50,849 bases of DNA from Octopus bimaculoides (GCF_001194135.2 NC_069001.1:26991501-27042349), one strand, 5' to 3'. Positions 1-13,790 are shown, counted from the stretch's first letter. Made by a program: numbers and translations. The notes: generated by a model not told the origin, from the letters alone.

Positions 1-1264
1 ATATATATACATATATATATATATATATGTATATACACACACAGGTACTCACACACACATACAGTCAGATATACGTACTTATACACATATATTCATACAT
101 ACATGCATATCATATACATATATAACATATCATGATCAGCAAAGCAGAAATATTGTAGCCAATACTTTTAACCTTTGATCTCTTAAAAAAAATGGTGCAA
201 ATAAAATTCCATTTGTTAGGAAACGTTGTTGTTCTAAGAATATTTGACGTATCAAACATTATTCATGACTAGTACAGCTTATGCTGGCTAATTATTAATA
301 GAAGGATAATTCATCTTAAAAAGCTAATTAAGGCCTTAATTTGATGAGGAACATTCGCAATATTATGACATATCTGGAAACGAAAAATTTGAATGTATAG
401 ATGTTTATATAAATCTACAACTAGTAGCTGGTATGTCACACTTTCAGTTTCAAAGTGAAGATGAAAGTGAGGCAAAATCCAACGTATTTCATTATCCAAC
501 AAATAAGAAAAGGTGTTCAAATATATTTACTTAGAGAGTGTTGTCCCTTAGCCTCGATTCAGTTCGTACGATAAGCTTAGTGTTCTTTTGGTACTGTTGT
601 TGTCGTCCAGTCCAAAGTCAGCCTGATAGCTAAAACCAATGATTTAGCCATAGTTTGTGTGTGTGTTTGTGTGTAACTTTCAGCTACATATATTAGAAAA
701 CAAGGCAAACATCGGCGACAAAACTGATAAAAAATGAAAATATCACAGGATACGCCACATTAGTTCATAATCGATGTACAGTTATTCATTTCTTCGTATT
801 AAAAGCAAAAAGGCCGTGAAATTTTAGATACTGGCCTGTAGGAAACTTGTAACTATCGATACTACTCTCACCAATTATGATATAAATCAATAACTATATA
901 CAAGAAGTTTGCAAAGGGAAAAGAATCAAAATCGCACAGATTATAATATCGATATCATGCGTAGTAACTTGTCGATTTTTATATTGATTAGTTGCGTTAT
1001 AACATTGAAGACGGGGTGTTTGAATTCGCCTGGTGGACTTTTTTCTGAAATTTGTTCATTGTTATTACTCTTTGACACCTGTCTTTTGATTAAAATGAAG
1101 TTTTTATGGAAAGAATGTGAACATATGATATGAGAAAATAGATATTGCGAACGTAAGGTATGAAACAACACAAACGACTTCAGTGATTAAAACTTTTCTC
1201 GGATATTGTGATTAAACTTATCCTGAGCGACGGTGCTGCAATGTTCTCGAATAAATAGAATTCA

Positions 1265-1304
<40 letters not shown>

Positions 1305-1320
1305 CATGTGTATATATAGA

Positions 1321-1540
1321 GAGTAACTGTTGCCATATAGCGCTTCACCTATCACGGTTTATTATTTAAGATTATGTCGATTACTCCGTGGTATTATTTT
1401 GTATTTATACGGAAATAAATATTTACAAATTATAAAAACACTAATGATTATAAATATACAATACTGTTCCTAGTTCGCGGATTTTCACCTATCACGGTGG
1501 GTTTTGGAACGTAACACCCGCGATAGTCGAGGGATTACTG
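1321..1540. mobile_element. pogo/Tigger-like (MER2-like) MITE
   Basis: Right end CGCGATAGTCGAGGGATTACTG followed by TA; degenerate left end; 15-bp motif TTCACCTATCACGGT at 1344 and 1484. Confidence 0.65.
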
Positions 1541-2223
1541 TATTTATATATGTGTGTGTGTCTGCATACACACAGACACACATACACACACACACGTATA
1601 TATATGTATAATATATATGCATGACAGCAAATTTAGTGCTTAAACGCCTTATATATATATATATATATNNNNNNNNNNNNNNNNNNNNNNNNNNNNNNNN
1701 NNNNNNNNNNNNNNNNNNNNNNNNNNNNNNNNNNNNNNNNNNNNNNNNNNNNNNNNNNNNNNNNNNNNNNNNNNNNNNNNNNNNNNNNNNNNNNNNNNNN
1801 NNNNNNNNNNNNNNNNNNNNNNNNNNNNNNNNNNNNNNNNNNNNNNNNNNNNNNNNNNNNNNNNNNNNNNNNNNNNNNNNNNNNNNNNNNNNNNNNNNNN
1901 NNNNNNNNNNNNNNNNNNNNNNNNNNNNNNNNNNNNNNNNNNNNNNNNNNNNNNNNNNNNNNNNNNNNNNNNNNNNNNNNNNNNNNNNNNNNNNNNNNNN
2001 NNNNNNNNNNNNNNNNNNNNNNNNNNNNNNNNNNNNNNNNNNNNNNNNNNNNNNNNNNNNNNNNNNNNNNNNNNNNNNNNNNNNNNNNNNNNNNNNNNNN
2101 NNNNNNNNNNNNNNNNNNNNNNNNNNNNNNNNNNNNNNNNNNNNNNNNNNNNNNNNNNNNNNNNNNNNNNNNNNNNNNNNNNNNNNNNNNNNNNNNNNNN
2201 NNNNNNNNNNNNNNNNNNNNNNN

Positions 2224-2255
<32 letters not shown>

Positions 2256-3312
2256 ATAGATTGATAGAGAGTAAGCTATTAGACATATGTGTGAGTGTGT
2301 GTGTTTGTATTTATATATATTCACAGAATGAGGGTGAGAGTGTGTGTGAGAGAGGGAATATTATTACCTGTCATTATGTAGAGTGCTTCATTGGATTTTA
2401 TTTTTTGGAGTGTTTGGAGATCATGATAACTTCTCTCAGAATTATCTTTATCAAATATATATTTGCGAAGGATAATAAAAGATAAAAATTATATTCTATC
2501 GAAATAAACTTGGGGAAAGTAGGGAATGAATGGCAGCTAGAAAAAGAATGAGATAGAATAAGAGACAGAATAAGACAAAAACTAATGAACTATGTAAATG
2601 AATTTATGAGAATAATGAAGGTGGATGAAAATGTGGTAATGTAAGTGTAAAGAAGGAAATAGATGACTTTTCAAATATACGATAGATGATTACTAGTGTA
2701 ACACGTAAAATTCTGTCAGAGAAAGAAAAAATAAAATACAGCTCTTCTTCAAACGCCAGAAATAAAACGCGTATTAACGCACGAAGAAACATTACAATAA
2801 ACTATAAACAGCAAAAGAACAGAAACAATGCTCGAGGTAAAAAAAAAAAGAAGAAGAAATGGAAAAAAAAAATACATCAAAGAAATCGTGAAACGCAAAA
2901 AGAATATCTTGCAAAACTTGAAATAGAGAGATAAAGGTTTACAGAAAGGAGACTGAAATAAACCTGTCAATTTTGATGGGTATTACGCTAGTTGATTAAT
3001 ATTTCACAGAGATATCAAAATGAATACTATGGTACGATAGAATAATGCAAAAAAAATACTTATATTAAAATTCATACGGTGACAGCAGATTAGATATACA
3101 ATCAATTTAGATGCATTTAGCATTCTTTTGCGTAGAAGTGCTATTTTCTTTATTTTCTTTTGTTTTCTTTTCATTTTTTAACCCATAACAAGTCTAGGTA
3201 TCTAACTCAAGCTAAAACAGGAAGCCTTAATTAGTCTCGAAATTAACTCACAAACGTTGTCGTCATTATTATTATTATTATTATAATTATTATTATCATT
3301 ATTATTATTATT

Positions 3313-3455
3313 TAGGTGGTGAGCTGGCAGAATCGTCAGCACGCCGGACAAAATACTTAACAGCATTTTGTCCCTCTTCACGTTCTCAGTTCAAATTCCG
3401 CCGAGTCAAATTAGAGTCAATAAAATAAGTAACAGTCAAACCGGGGTCACTGTAA
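3313..3455 (+). mobile_element. SINE family B, degenerate
   Basis: GGTGGTGAGCTGGCAGAATCG...GTTCAAATTCCGCCGAG...ATAAAATAAGTA. Confidence 0.75.
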
Positions 3456-5086
3456 AAGAATAATAATTCGAATACTTTTTAATATGGACCAGCTTCGGAA
3501 AGACTTCTTTGGCATTCATCTAACTTGAGAGACAATGGAATTTACCACTACTGCTCAGTTAGGAATTTAGCTGTTGTCCAACGTGAAAGAGACAACCGCC
3601 TCCCGTCTGATGCTACTTTTCGAAGATTACTCCAGTGATTACTTTAAGGCGTAAGCCTATGCTAGAAGCATAGAGACCCTAGGTTACTCCGGCTCCACAA
3701 TCTACTCGCGATTTTCATCATTGTGACTCAAAGAACTACAGAGCAACACATTTGATCCCAGTCTGCTGTTGTCCGGTCGGAAGACAATCAAGTCATGGAT
3801 AATCAAATCCAGCACCAGATCAACTTATATATTCCACTATGGATTTATTACAAAAGATACCTCGAGAGTTTGCCACATAAGGCAGAGATGTTACTTATCC
3901 ACAAACGTGGATTCGTAATTTTAAATAGTATCTCATATCAAAAAATGTCAGCTAGAGCCAGTCGAGATCGGTACATGCATCGGGAAGGATCTTCGCGTAC
4001 AAGCAGGATTTCCAACCGCGACAGCTCAACTACTACCGACACCGCTAACAGCAATAAAAGCAACAAAAGCTATAATGAAAACGGTTGACTTTATTTAAAA
4101 AGGTTCAGGGCAAAGAGTATTTACGTAGCTGCAATAAATAACAAAGACCAGGGCACTTAGATATCGATCTGAACAGAGGGTCATAAATCAGCAAATACTA
4201 TTTTGCTTGTTTGTACGCGGTCTCTTCGTAGTTTAGTCAGATGAAATAAAAAAAAAATAAAAAACAGCAAACAAAATCACTAACCAGCCCTGGGTGGGCA
4301 CGTGTACTATTTGACAAGTGACATGAGAGCTATGATTTTTATTATAGTCAGACGGACTTTGCATCTTTCCTTGTGTTTAGAAGTTGCTCAAGGATGAAGA
4401 AAATCGATTTCACGTTTGAAGAGGTAGTTTGGAAACAGGTCATGTCAGAATTAGTTATGTTATGGTTATACAGCTTCCAGAAAAGTTTATTTCAGTTTGC
4501 TCCAAGATTTATATTTCATGTCCACGTCGCTTTGATGGTGGTTATTTATTTTGCCCATAGAGATTTAATGTTTAGTTATGTGCGTAAATCTTGAAAGTCA
4601 TCACTGTGCTGATCATAGAATAGATACTAGCTCAGATTTCCGTTTGTAACTTCCGCATTTTCATTCCCCTGCATGAAATACTTTGTCTCGTTTGGCTTGC
4701 CTCTAGAAAGTTCTATGTAAATCGATAAGTGCATCTTGTTAAATTTTCTGTGTACCGAACACATTTACTAAAAGTAGGGGGTACAAGTACGTGTGTGTGT
4801 GTGTGTGGTGTGTGGCTACATGTTTCAGCAGCATTTAAGTATTTGTTTATATGTCTATGCATGTACGTATATAAGTGTATATATATATATATATATATAT
4901 NNNNNNNNNNNNNNNNNNNNNNNNNNNNNNNNNNNNNNNNNNNNNNNNNNNNNNNNNNNNNNNNNNNNNNNNNNNNNNNNNNNNNNNNNNNNNNNNNNNN
5001 NNNNNNNNNNNNNNNNNNNNNNNNNNNNNNNNNNNNNNNNNNNNNNNNNNNNNNNNNNNNNNNNNNNNNNNNNNNNNNNNNNNNNN

Positions 5087-5145
<59 letters not shown>

Positions 5146-5863
5146 TTTAGCAATAGCTTGTGTGTGCATGGTGTATATGTGACTGTGTACTATGCGAGCA
5201 TATGTTAGAATGAATACATAGAAAACTACAAGATGATAGTATATACTTGGTCCGGATATTGTAACATTATTCAAGTAGAATTTGAATTAAATGTAGATTT
5301 TCGAGTTTATATGGAAGTGCTTAGTTTGAACTTTAGAATTTGGACTAACTATTGATAAACGACAAGAGTGCACAATGCAAATAAAGGATTTCCGATACAT
5401 ACGTTGGAACATATACAAAGACCCTCTCTCACGAATATACACGGCCGTTCACATGCGTATAAGCAAATGTACATACAAACACAAACACACATTTTTGGAA
5501 GGATTGATGCAGATATTGTACATATGTGTGTAGGCATGTATTATATATGTATGTATATGAGCACCTATATGAAATTAAATAAGGAAAGGAACACGTGATT
5601 ATTCGATGAACATTATTGTCTTAAGGGTGTTTCTGCAATGTGGCGTAGTGCACACAGTGTTGAGCGCAGGCGCGCGCGCGCATGGGTGTGTGTGTATTAC
5701 TGTATTTGGATAATGGTGATACTGGAGCATCGCATTAAAGTTTCATTTCAAATTTAATCTGTGCAAATATTATTGTACTGAATATTACGAACCATTAAGC
5801 TGTGAATTATAAAACTACATATATCGATTTAAGACCAGTGTAAATGAAAAAGAAAACATACAC

Positions 5864-5894
<31 letters not shown>

Positions 5895-6428
5895 NNNNNN
5901 NNNNNNNNNNNNNNNNNNNNNNNNNNNNNNNNNNNNNNNNNNNNNNNNNNNNNNNNNNNNNNNNNNNNNNNNNNNNNNNNNNNNNNNNNNNNNNNNNNNN
6001 NNNNNNNNNNNNNNNNNNNNNNNNNNNNNNNNNNNNNNNNNNNNNNNNNNNNNNNNNNNNNNNNNNNNNNNNNNNNNNNNNNNNNNNNNNNNNNNNNNNN
6101 NNNNNNNNNNNNNNNNNNNNNNNNNNNNNNNNNNNNNNNNNNNNNNNNNNNNNNNNNNNNNNNNNNNNNNNNNNNNNNNNNNNNNNNNNNNNNNNNNNNN
6201 NNNNNNNNNNNNNNNNNNNNNNNNNNNNNNNNNNNNNNNNNNNNNNNNNNNNNNNNNNNNNNNNNNNNNNNNNNNNNNNNNNNNNNNNNNNNNNNNNNNN
6301 NNNNNNNNNNNNNNNNNNNNNNNNNNNNNNNNNNNNNNNNNNNNNNNNNNNNNNNNNNNNNNNNNNNNNNNNNNNNNNNNNNNNNNNNNNNNNNNNNNNN
6401 NNNNNNNNNNNNNNNNNNNNNNNNNNNN

Positions 6429-6468
<40 letters not shown>

Positions 6469-6515
6469 GTGTATATATATATATACATTATATATAGATA
6501 TATAGATATATGTAT

Positions 6516-6656
6516 ATACGACGGACTTCTTTCTGATTCCGTCTACCAGATCCACTCAGATTGCTTTGGTTGGCTCTAGGTTATAATAGAAAACACGTAC
6601 CCAATGTACCACGGTACCATATTGTTGTGAAATAAGTTTCATACGACATACCCACG
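6516..6656 (-). mobile_element. SINE family A, 5' half, degenerate
   Basis: Reverse complement of the family A head (CGACGGACTTCTTTC...CCGTCTACC). Confidence 0.7.
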
Positions 6657-6673
6657 TCTACATTGATATATAT

Positions 6674-6750
6674 ATCGTGGTTAATTGTTTCATATATATA
6701 TATATATATATTAAATAATTAACCACGATGTCAAGGTATACCTTGACATC
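6674..6750. repeat. 17-bp inverted repeat around (TA)n overlapping a perfect 24-bp palindrome
   Basis: ATCGTGGTTAATTGTTT vs AAATAATTAACCACGAT; GATGTCAAGGTATACCTTGACATC at 6727-6750. Confidence 0.9.
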
Positions 6751-7844
6751 CTTATTATTTGTTTTTTATTTACCTTCGAGCTGTGCGGATAATACAGGAC
6801 TAAATTGGTGCTTCACCTGAAATACCTAATTCGACTGAATCTCAATTATTTATTCTATATATGTATATATATATAATGGTAAATGTGTGAAATATTTTGT
6901 ACGAAGTGGAACGTTTTATGTGCATATGTATGCGAACTCTGTGTGTTATTGCGAAAGTGAATGAGTGATTTTACTCCTAAACCTTTATGTAATGTAATAT
7001 ATGATAAACGAATCAAACTATACATTATAAATGATCAGAAAAGCATGTGGTATTCTAAGAGCAATAGATTTACATATGCATATTAGTAATATTGGCGTAG
7101 AATAAGATTTTATAAAATAGCATAAAAACAGAAATAGTTTGCACTGAATCACCGCGAACCCAATTTATTCACATGGAAAGAGAATATGGCCTTTTGTTGC
7201 AATTAGACTCTTGAACAATTTTGTCTTTAACGGTTTTCATTTCCAGTTGTGCATATTAACGCATAGATAGAAGTAACTTCCTGAGAACATATAAACAAGC
7301 CAGGTAAAAAAGAATTTCAATTAAAATACCGATTTTGAAAATTACTGTACAATAGATATCATTTAGCAAGTATTATACTTAGATAGTTAAATACCAATTT
7401 TGTTCTGCTGCTCTAGAATTAGCTATGGACGGTTTACTATATACGCAGACAGGTTGCGCATTCCAGTGTTGCAACGAATTTTTTATTTTTTTTTATTTTT
7501 TTATTTTATAACTTTATTTTAATAGCATTAAGAATTTACAGGCTGGGAGACGAGGCCATGAATTTGATGTGATATTGCGGTTTGATGATTAAATATATAT
7601 CATGGGTTAAATGATGTGTTATTTGGTCGATTCTGGTAAAATGAAAGACCCTAACGATTTTGCCATTCCAGTAACATTAAGTTAATGATGATGATGATGA
7701 TAATGAAAGCAATTTTGGGCAAATTTGGGCAAATTTTGACGATGATGATGATAATAGTAGTGATGGCAGTGGTGGTGATGATGATGAGGGTTTCAAAATT
7801 TGGCACTTGGCCAGCAGTTTTTGAGATGAGGGGGAAGTCAATTA

Positions 7845-8133
7845 CATCGACATCAGTATTTGACTGCTTATCTTATCGACCCTGGAGGGATAAAAGGTTA
7901 AGTCGACGTCGGTGGAATTTGATCTCAGAACTTGAAAACGGACGGAATACCCGGTGTGCAAAATGTTTATCGGTATTTCTTCTGTCTTTCCCTTCTGAGT
8001 TCAAATTCGGCCAAGGTCTGCTTTGCCTTTCATCCTTTCGGGGGTCGAGAAATTAAATACCAGTTGCGTACTGGCGTCGATCTGATCAACTGGCCCTCTC
8101 CCTCAAAATTTCGGGCCTTGTGCCTAGAGTAGA
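7845..8133. mobile_element. Two SINE family B copies head-to-head (minus about 7845-7950, plus about 7950-8133)
   Basis: AGTCGACGTCGGTGGAATTTGATCTCAGAAC (reverse) then CTGAGTTCAAATTCGGCCAAGG...GCCTTTCATCCTTTCGGGG (forward). Confidence 0.75.
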
Positions 8134-8163
8134 AAATAACAATAATAATAATGATAATAGGCA

Positions 8164-8390
8164 CAGAAGTGGCTGTGTGGTAAGTAGCTTCCTTACCAAT
8201 CACATGGTTCCGGGTTCATTCCCACTGCGTGGCACCTTGAGCAAGTGTCTTCTACTATAGCCTCGGGCCGACAAACCTTGTGAGTGGGTTTGGTAGACGG
8301 AAACTGAAATAAGCCCGTCGTATATATGTATAAATATTAGTATGTGTGTATATGTTTGTGTTTCTGTTTGCCCCCCCCCCCCAACATAGC
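8164..8390 (+). mobile_element. SINE family A (tRNA-derived, internal microsatellite), 5' half
   Basis: GTGGCTGTGTGGTAAG A-box region, GGGTTCATTCC B-box, CACCTTGAGCAAGTGTC core-like motif, TAGACGGAAACTGAAA. Confidence 0.85.
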
Positions 8391-8436
8391 GTTAATAATT
8401 ATACTAATAATGATAATAATAATTATTATTATTATC

Positions 8437-8625
8437 CTTTCTACTATAGATAAAAGGCCTGAAATTTTTGTGGGGTGCGTGTAAGTCGATTCTGTCGACC
8501 CTGCTGCGTAACTGGTACTTATTTCATAGACCTCGGCGGAATTTGAACTTAGAACGTAAAGTCGGAGAAAATGTCGCTGAGCAATTTTTTTTTCAGCGTG
8601 GTAAAGATTGTGCCAGCTCGCAGCC

Positions 8626-8627
<2 letters not shown>
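8437..8627 (-). mobile_element. SINE family B
   Basis: CTCGGCGGAATTTGAACTTAGAACG...GCCAGCTCGCAGCCT flanked by (AAT)n. Confidence 0.8.
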
Positions 8628-8663
<36 letters not shown>

Positions 8664-9305
8664 CATTTGTCATCGTGGATACTTCTGCACTCTCGTTAAA
8701 ATAATTCATATTAAATAGTTCAAATTTCGATGCAACTCAGGGAAATATCGAATTGTTATCGCTATAATGGAAAGTTAATCTACGATATATTGGCAAAGAA
8801 ATTGATTCTAAAAATCTCCAATTAAAATAGCCGTCATTTTTGACATTACAACCTTTACATGAAATGCATTAGTTTCGCAGCTCCCGGTTCATCTCTCTTA
8901 AAATGCCTTAAAGCTTAATAATCAACTGCTGAAGGCATCCATAGAAACATTCGAGTTAATCCTCCCGAGAGATGGCAACAAAACATGGCAAACACTGTAT
9001 GGGATTTTTCCCCTTAAGCACAGTACATGGAAAATTAAAATATGGTGTGAAACTAATTCGTATTTTTTGAAAATCCTCGCCCCTTTGCTTTGAGTATAGT
9101 TAACTGCGGTGTTTAGAATTTTCTTTCTGTCCTGACATCGTATAAAAGATATATATATATCGGATTCTTTTGCGCGCGTTTTGTACGATTGTGTGTGAGA
9201 GTGATTCCATGTGTGTGTACATATGTGTGTGTCTGTGTGTGTGTGTGTGTGTGTATATGTGTCTGTCAGTGTGTGCATGTGTACGCCTGTGTGTGTTTGT
9301 GCGTG

Positions 9306-9348
<43 letters not shown>

Positions 9349-9403
9349 TTCTCTGTTTGTGTGTGTGTGTGTGNNNNNNNNNNATATATGTATGTGTGTT
9401 TCT

Positions 9404-9449
<46 letters not shown>

Positions 9450-11559
9450 GCGCGCGCGTGTGTGTGTGTGTGTTCTATACATTTATTATAGTTTTACAGC
9501 TGTGTCAGATATTCATTTGGGTTCGTTAATGGTTCAAGTGTATCGATTGATCGATTGATCGAATGAAAACATAGGGAACTATTTTCAGATATAACAGGGT
9601 AATGCAACTTTGGCTTTCGTCTGAAGATTATGTACAGTACAATTCTGACCACAAGAATTTTCTGTTAGCCTGGTGTACTTTCATCTACAGAGAGTTTAAG
9701 AAATATTTCGCCTGTGCACGTGTGCTTTACAGAGATATACTAAGTCGGCAAACTCTATCAACTGCGTCCATTTCTTGAAATTCAAATACCTTCATCTAGT
9801 CTTCGGTTATTTATGAATAGAATTGGCGATTGTTAATTGTTTTCGTCGCACTTCTGTGACATACGCATTAGAACGTTTCGTCTTGCCTTAGAAACATGCT
9901 CATAGGAATGTGACGATACACCGACATTAGTAGAGATTGCTATTTAGAGCTAATTGGAAAGTGAATTTTGTGTTCGGAAATTGCTCAGATGAATTCTGCA
10001 GTCTATCATTATGATATATATATATGTGCGCATATCCCAGAGTATGTGTTTCATTGCATTGTATATCGCAGAAAGTTAGCTTAAACCAGTGGTTTCTATA
10101 CATTTTTAGGGCTACCGACCCTTGGCATTCAAGCCACATTCCTAGCGTCCCCAACTCACCATCACAAACACAGACGACTTTCTGCAGCAAATTCAAAACA
10201 ACTGCTTCACACGAATAACGTAATTAACCTAATTAAACTATTATTTGGTTTGCTCTTACATCCATCGCATCACCCCCATTTTGGTCGATCCTTTATCCCC
10301 CCCCCCCAATTTTCTTCAATACCCTCGTTGATCTTTCCACCAACCCCTGACGAGGCAGTATTGCCCACTCAGGGAACCACTGGCTTAAGCGAAATGTTTA
10401 TGGATGCGATATTTCATAATACCTGAACAGGATTAAGCCGTTACACCTACGTATATGAATAATCAATCTTGGTACACTCTCCTCCTCTGCGCCACATTTC
10501 TATGAATATTGTACTTGTATATTTAAACAAGGGCACGAGCAAATATAATGGAAATGGAGTTAAAAATTAAGTGATATACAATAATGTCGTAAAACTCTGT
10601 CAAATCTATTGTAACTGTTTTCTCAATTCGTAATTCTTCAATGCCACGACATTTAGTCTTAACAATTTCAAGATTCCTTCCAAGCACATCGTATACTCCT
10701 CGTTGATCGAATCCGCTTCAGTTATGAAGGGGATTAATAATCTGAAGAGCTTGTTGTAAATTGTGCATACGTATACAGATTGCTTTATTTTTGTAGATGA
10801 AAATAATAGAAAACAAATTTAGAATTAATATATGAAAGCATTAACACAACAAATGAATGAATAGCGTTTGCGATACAGAAACTTTTAGACTTGGAAATGC
10901 TATTGTCTGATAAAAAGATTCTTCTATTCTGAAGTAGGCGGAAATAAAGATATTTTTCATGTAGTTTATTCCTGTTTCAAATAACTAGTTTTATTTTCTT
11001 CTTTTATTATATACAAAATCTGAGTTTCATTCTCTGATTCCCAAAATGCTCCGATTCCAAAAATATATCTTTTCTTTTTTCTTACCTTTTTTCTTGATTT
11101 TTTTTTTCTTACACATTGAATAGAATGATTTAAAGTGACAATTATCTATGAAGGATCCGCTCCCATATGTGTTCGTGTGTTTGTCTGCTGATATGTATGT
11201 GTGTGTTTCTGGATATTTATATATATGAATGTTTGTATGCATTGTCAGGTTAGAATCATTTTTGTTTCTTCCCAATTCCATCTGTCTTTTCATTCATCCA
11301 ATTTATTGCTATTCAATTTTAACAGGCTGTTAATCTTTCTATTTTCTTTATTTGTGAATATACAAAATCTTTAGAGAATTTCATAAGAAAAAATATTTTT
11401 AGAGAAATATTTATAATTCCATTTTTTTCCCTGTAGTTCTCGGGAAATTTTCTTTTATACCTGTTGCAATATTATTTTTCACTTTTTCTCCTTTGCGATT
11501 TGTATATTTTGTTATTTTGACGATATTATAAACAATTGTCTATTTTCGGGAAATAGCCT

Positions 11560-11695
11560 TCACATCTTTCTCTCTCTCTCTATCTATCTCTGTATCTATC
11601 TATTTGGCTATCTATCTCGCCCCTCTCTCTCTCTCTTTGTTTCTCTCTCCCTCTCTGTCTGTCTATATCTCTCTCTCTCTCTATCTCGTTCTGTC
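11560..11695. repeat. (TC)n/(TCTA)n tract
   Basis: Direct reading. Confidence 0.9.
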
Positions 11696-12418
11696 CCCCA
11701 CTTTGTTATATATTGAGGCATTTGAAGTTTGTGTTGTTTATTAATAAGTTATTTAAAAAAATGCAGTACAACGAACAATAGCACCTACAAATAGGAAAAC
11801 GGCATAAAGAAAACATTCTATACCGTCAATTTTCTTTAGAAAAATAAATCCCACTAAAAATAAGAAATAACTAAATAAAAATAATGCAACAATCCTTCGA
11901 AAAATTATATAGAATTGCAATTGTCAGGTTTATTTATTTCTTTATTTTATTTATTTTATTTTATTTATCTTACTTTATTTTTATTTTTTTTTAGTCTTTC
12001 CTAACGAGGATTTTCATGCAAGTGTTTTGTTTTGTTTCAATTACATATCCAGCGTAAATCCTTCGAGGTTTATACGTTGGATACTACATGTTATATTTGC
12101 GTATCTATATAGTTTTCTGCTATTCTTTTAATATTTGAGTGTAGAATCATCGACTCTGGTTCATTTAGTTTGTAAATGGTGGATTATGAAAAAGCTGGTG
12201 TTCATAATTCATAATTTGAAATAATCCATATTGAACATTGCGAATGATTTTTGCATGAAATTGATACGAGAGGGAGAAAGACAACCTAATATTATTTAAA
12301 TTTTGTACACTTAACTTACTGAGTTCAATGTACGCCAGCATTGATGCAATAAATTGCAGTAATATACGGATTTCAAAAGTCAATATCATGTGGATAATCC
12401 AATTCTTATCAAAATTAC

Positions 12419-12466
<48 letters not shown>

Positions 12467-12506
12467 GATACACTCAAGAATTTTTAATGGATACTCTTTT
12501 TTACTA

Positions 12507-12668
12507 TTTTTACTTGTTTCAGTTATTTAACTGCGGCCAGGCTGGAGCACCGCCTTTAGTCGAGCAAATCGGCCCCAGGACTTATTCTTTGTAAGCCCAG
12601 TACTTATTCTATTTGTCTCTTTTGCCGAACCGCTAAGTTACGGGGACGTAAGCATACCAGCATTGGTC
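12507..12668 (-). mobile_element. SINE family A, 3' half
   Basis: GCTGGAGCACCGCCTTTAGTCGAGCAAATC...GCCGAACCGCTAAGTTACGGGGACG shared with other copies. Confidence 0.85.
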
Positions 12669-12728
12669 GTTGTTGTTGTTGGTGGTGGTGGTGGTGGTGC
12701 CGCTGCCGCCGCCGCTTCTGCTGCTAAA

Positions 12729-13028
12729 GATTGCGAAAAAAATGAAACTTAGTTGACCAAGATTAGATTTGAAGAGAGAACGGAAAAAGACATTGTCGAA
12801 TAGAGAAATTCATCTACGCTCTTCCGATTACAGCCCACACTTTCGTTGTATATGTGACAATATATCTATACTAACATCAAAATATTTTTCATCTAACTTT
12901 TTGCCTTGAATATCGGTAGGCACACACATACACACACACACACACACACTTCCCTATTCGACAATGTCTTTTCCGTTCTCTCTTCCAGTCTAGCCTTGGT
13001 GAAATGAGTTTCTTTTTTTTTCGAAATC
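12729..13028. repeat. Inverted duplication (arms 12729-12807 and 12950-13028)
   Basis: GAAGAGAGAACGGAAAA(A)GACATTGTCGAATAG is present in both orientations; flanking (GGT)n and (CCA)n tracts extend the pairing. Confidence 0.85.
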
Positions 13029-13079
13029 TCCATCAGTACCAATAACAACCACACCACCACCACCACCACCAAGCATCGC

Positions 13080-13790
13080 CTACGCTCATCTAGAACACCA
13101 CGAATCATGATCACTAACTGTCTTGTGCTAAACGTATCCATTCACTATATTTTGCTTAAAAATTCTTGAGATTATCGTTTCAAGTAATTCATGGTCTTCC
13201 ATTGCAACTTTCCCATTTATATCGCCTTCTATTAACAGCCTGGGAAAACCATTCTTTGTCATTAAATGCTCAATATATTTTACTTTTCTCTCGTAGAAGC
13301 CGTCAAATACTATTTACGTAGTTTTTGTAACACTAAGTACTTCATCGTTGGTTTTGAGTTTTGTCCATGATATTGTCAATAGTCTTCATCTCTGTATGTA
13401 GAAGCATTTCGGTGTCATTTTGGCGTTGTCTATCTTTCAACGTGATCCAATACACTGTACCAACCATGACAACTTTCTTCGGATTTCGATATCACTCTTT
13501 TATTTTACATTCTATCATATTCCTGGTTCTTGATTGCTTATATCCCAGATATATTATCTAAGGTATCTGTTCAATTGGATTTTCCTTCAGTCGCAATGTT
13601 TGTTTTGGGGAACTTGTTCCTTACTCATTACCGCTGAATTTGTTTATATTAGATTTGTTTCTGTTCCGTAAGACAATCCTTCGTCGATCGCTATTGTCAT
13701 AAGATATTCATTCCTCACAGCCTGCTGAAGAAACGCTCGTCCTTTACATTGTTGAAGTGGAAATTCACACTTCTACCATGAAAAATACTG
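13080..13790 (-). mobile_element. Degraded RTE-type LINE, RT C-terminal region
   Basis: Minus-strand fragments PIEQIP*IIYLG, SDIEIRRKL, WTKLKTNDEVL, RKVKYIEHLM, LLIEGDINGK follow the RTE C-terminal motif order, with frameshifts. Confidence 0.65.

Noticed and set aside
3795-4088. 97-aa ORF in a less AT-rich block
   Set aside because: No recognisable domain or splice support; possibly decayed transposon sequence.
9336-9425. Apparent tandem duplication around the 9-N gap
   Set aside because: The same sequence on both sides of a minimal gap indicates unmerged overlapping contigs.
10345-10400. CTGACGA followed by a GGCA/TGCC hairpin as a hammerhead
   Set aside because: GAAA does not follow the stem and helices I and III cannot be formed.
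11046-11123. Hydrophobic MLRFQKYIFSFFLPFFLIFFFLHIE as the receptor signal peptide
   Set aside because: Stop codons follow in all three frames and there is no phase-1 donor; explained by T-rich sequence.
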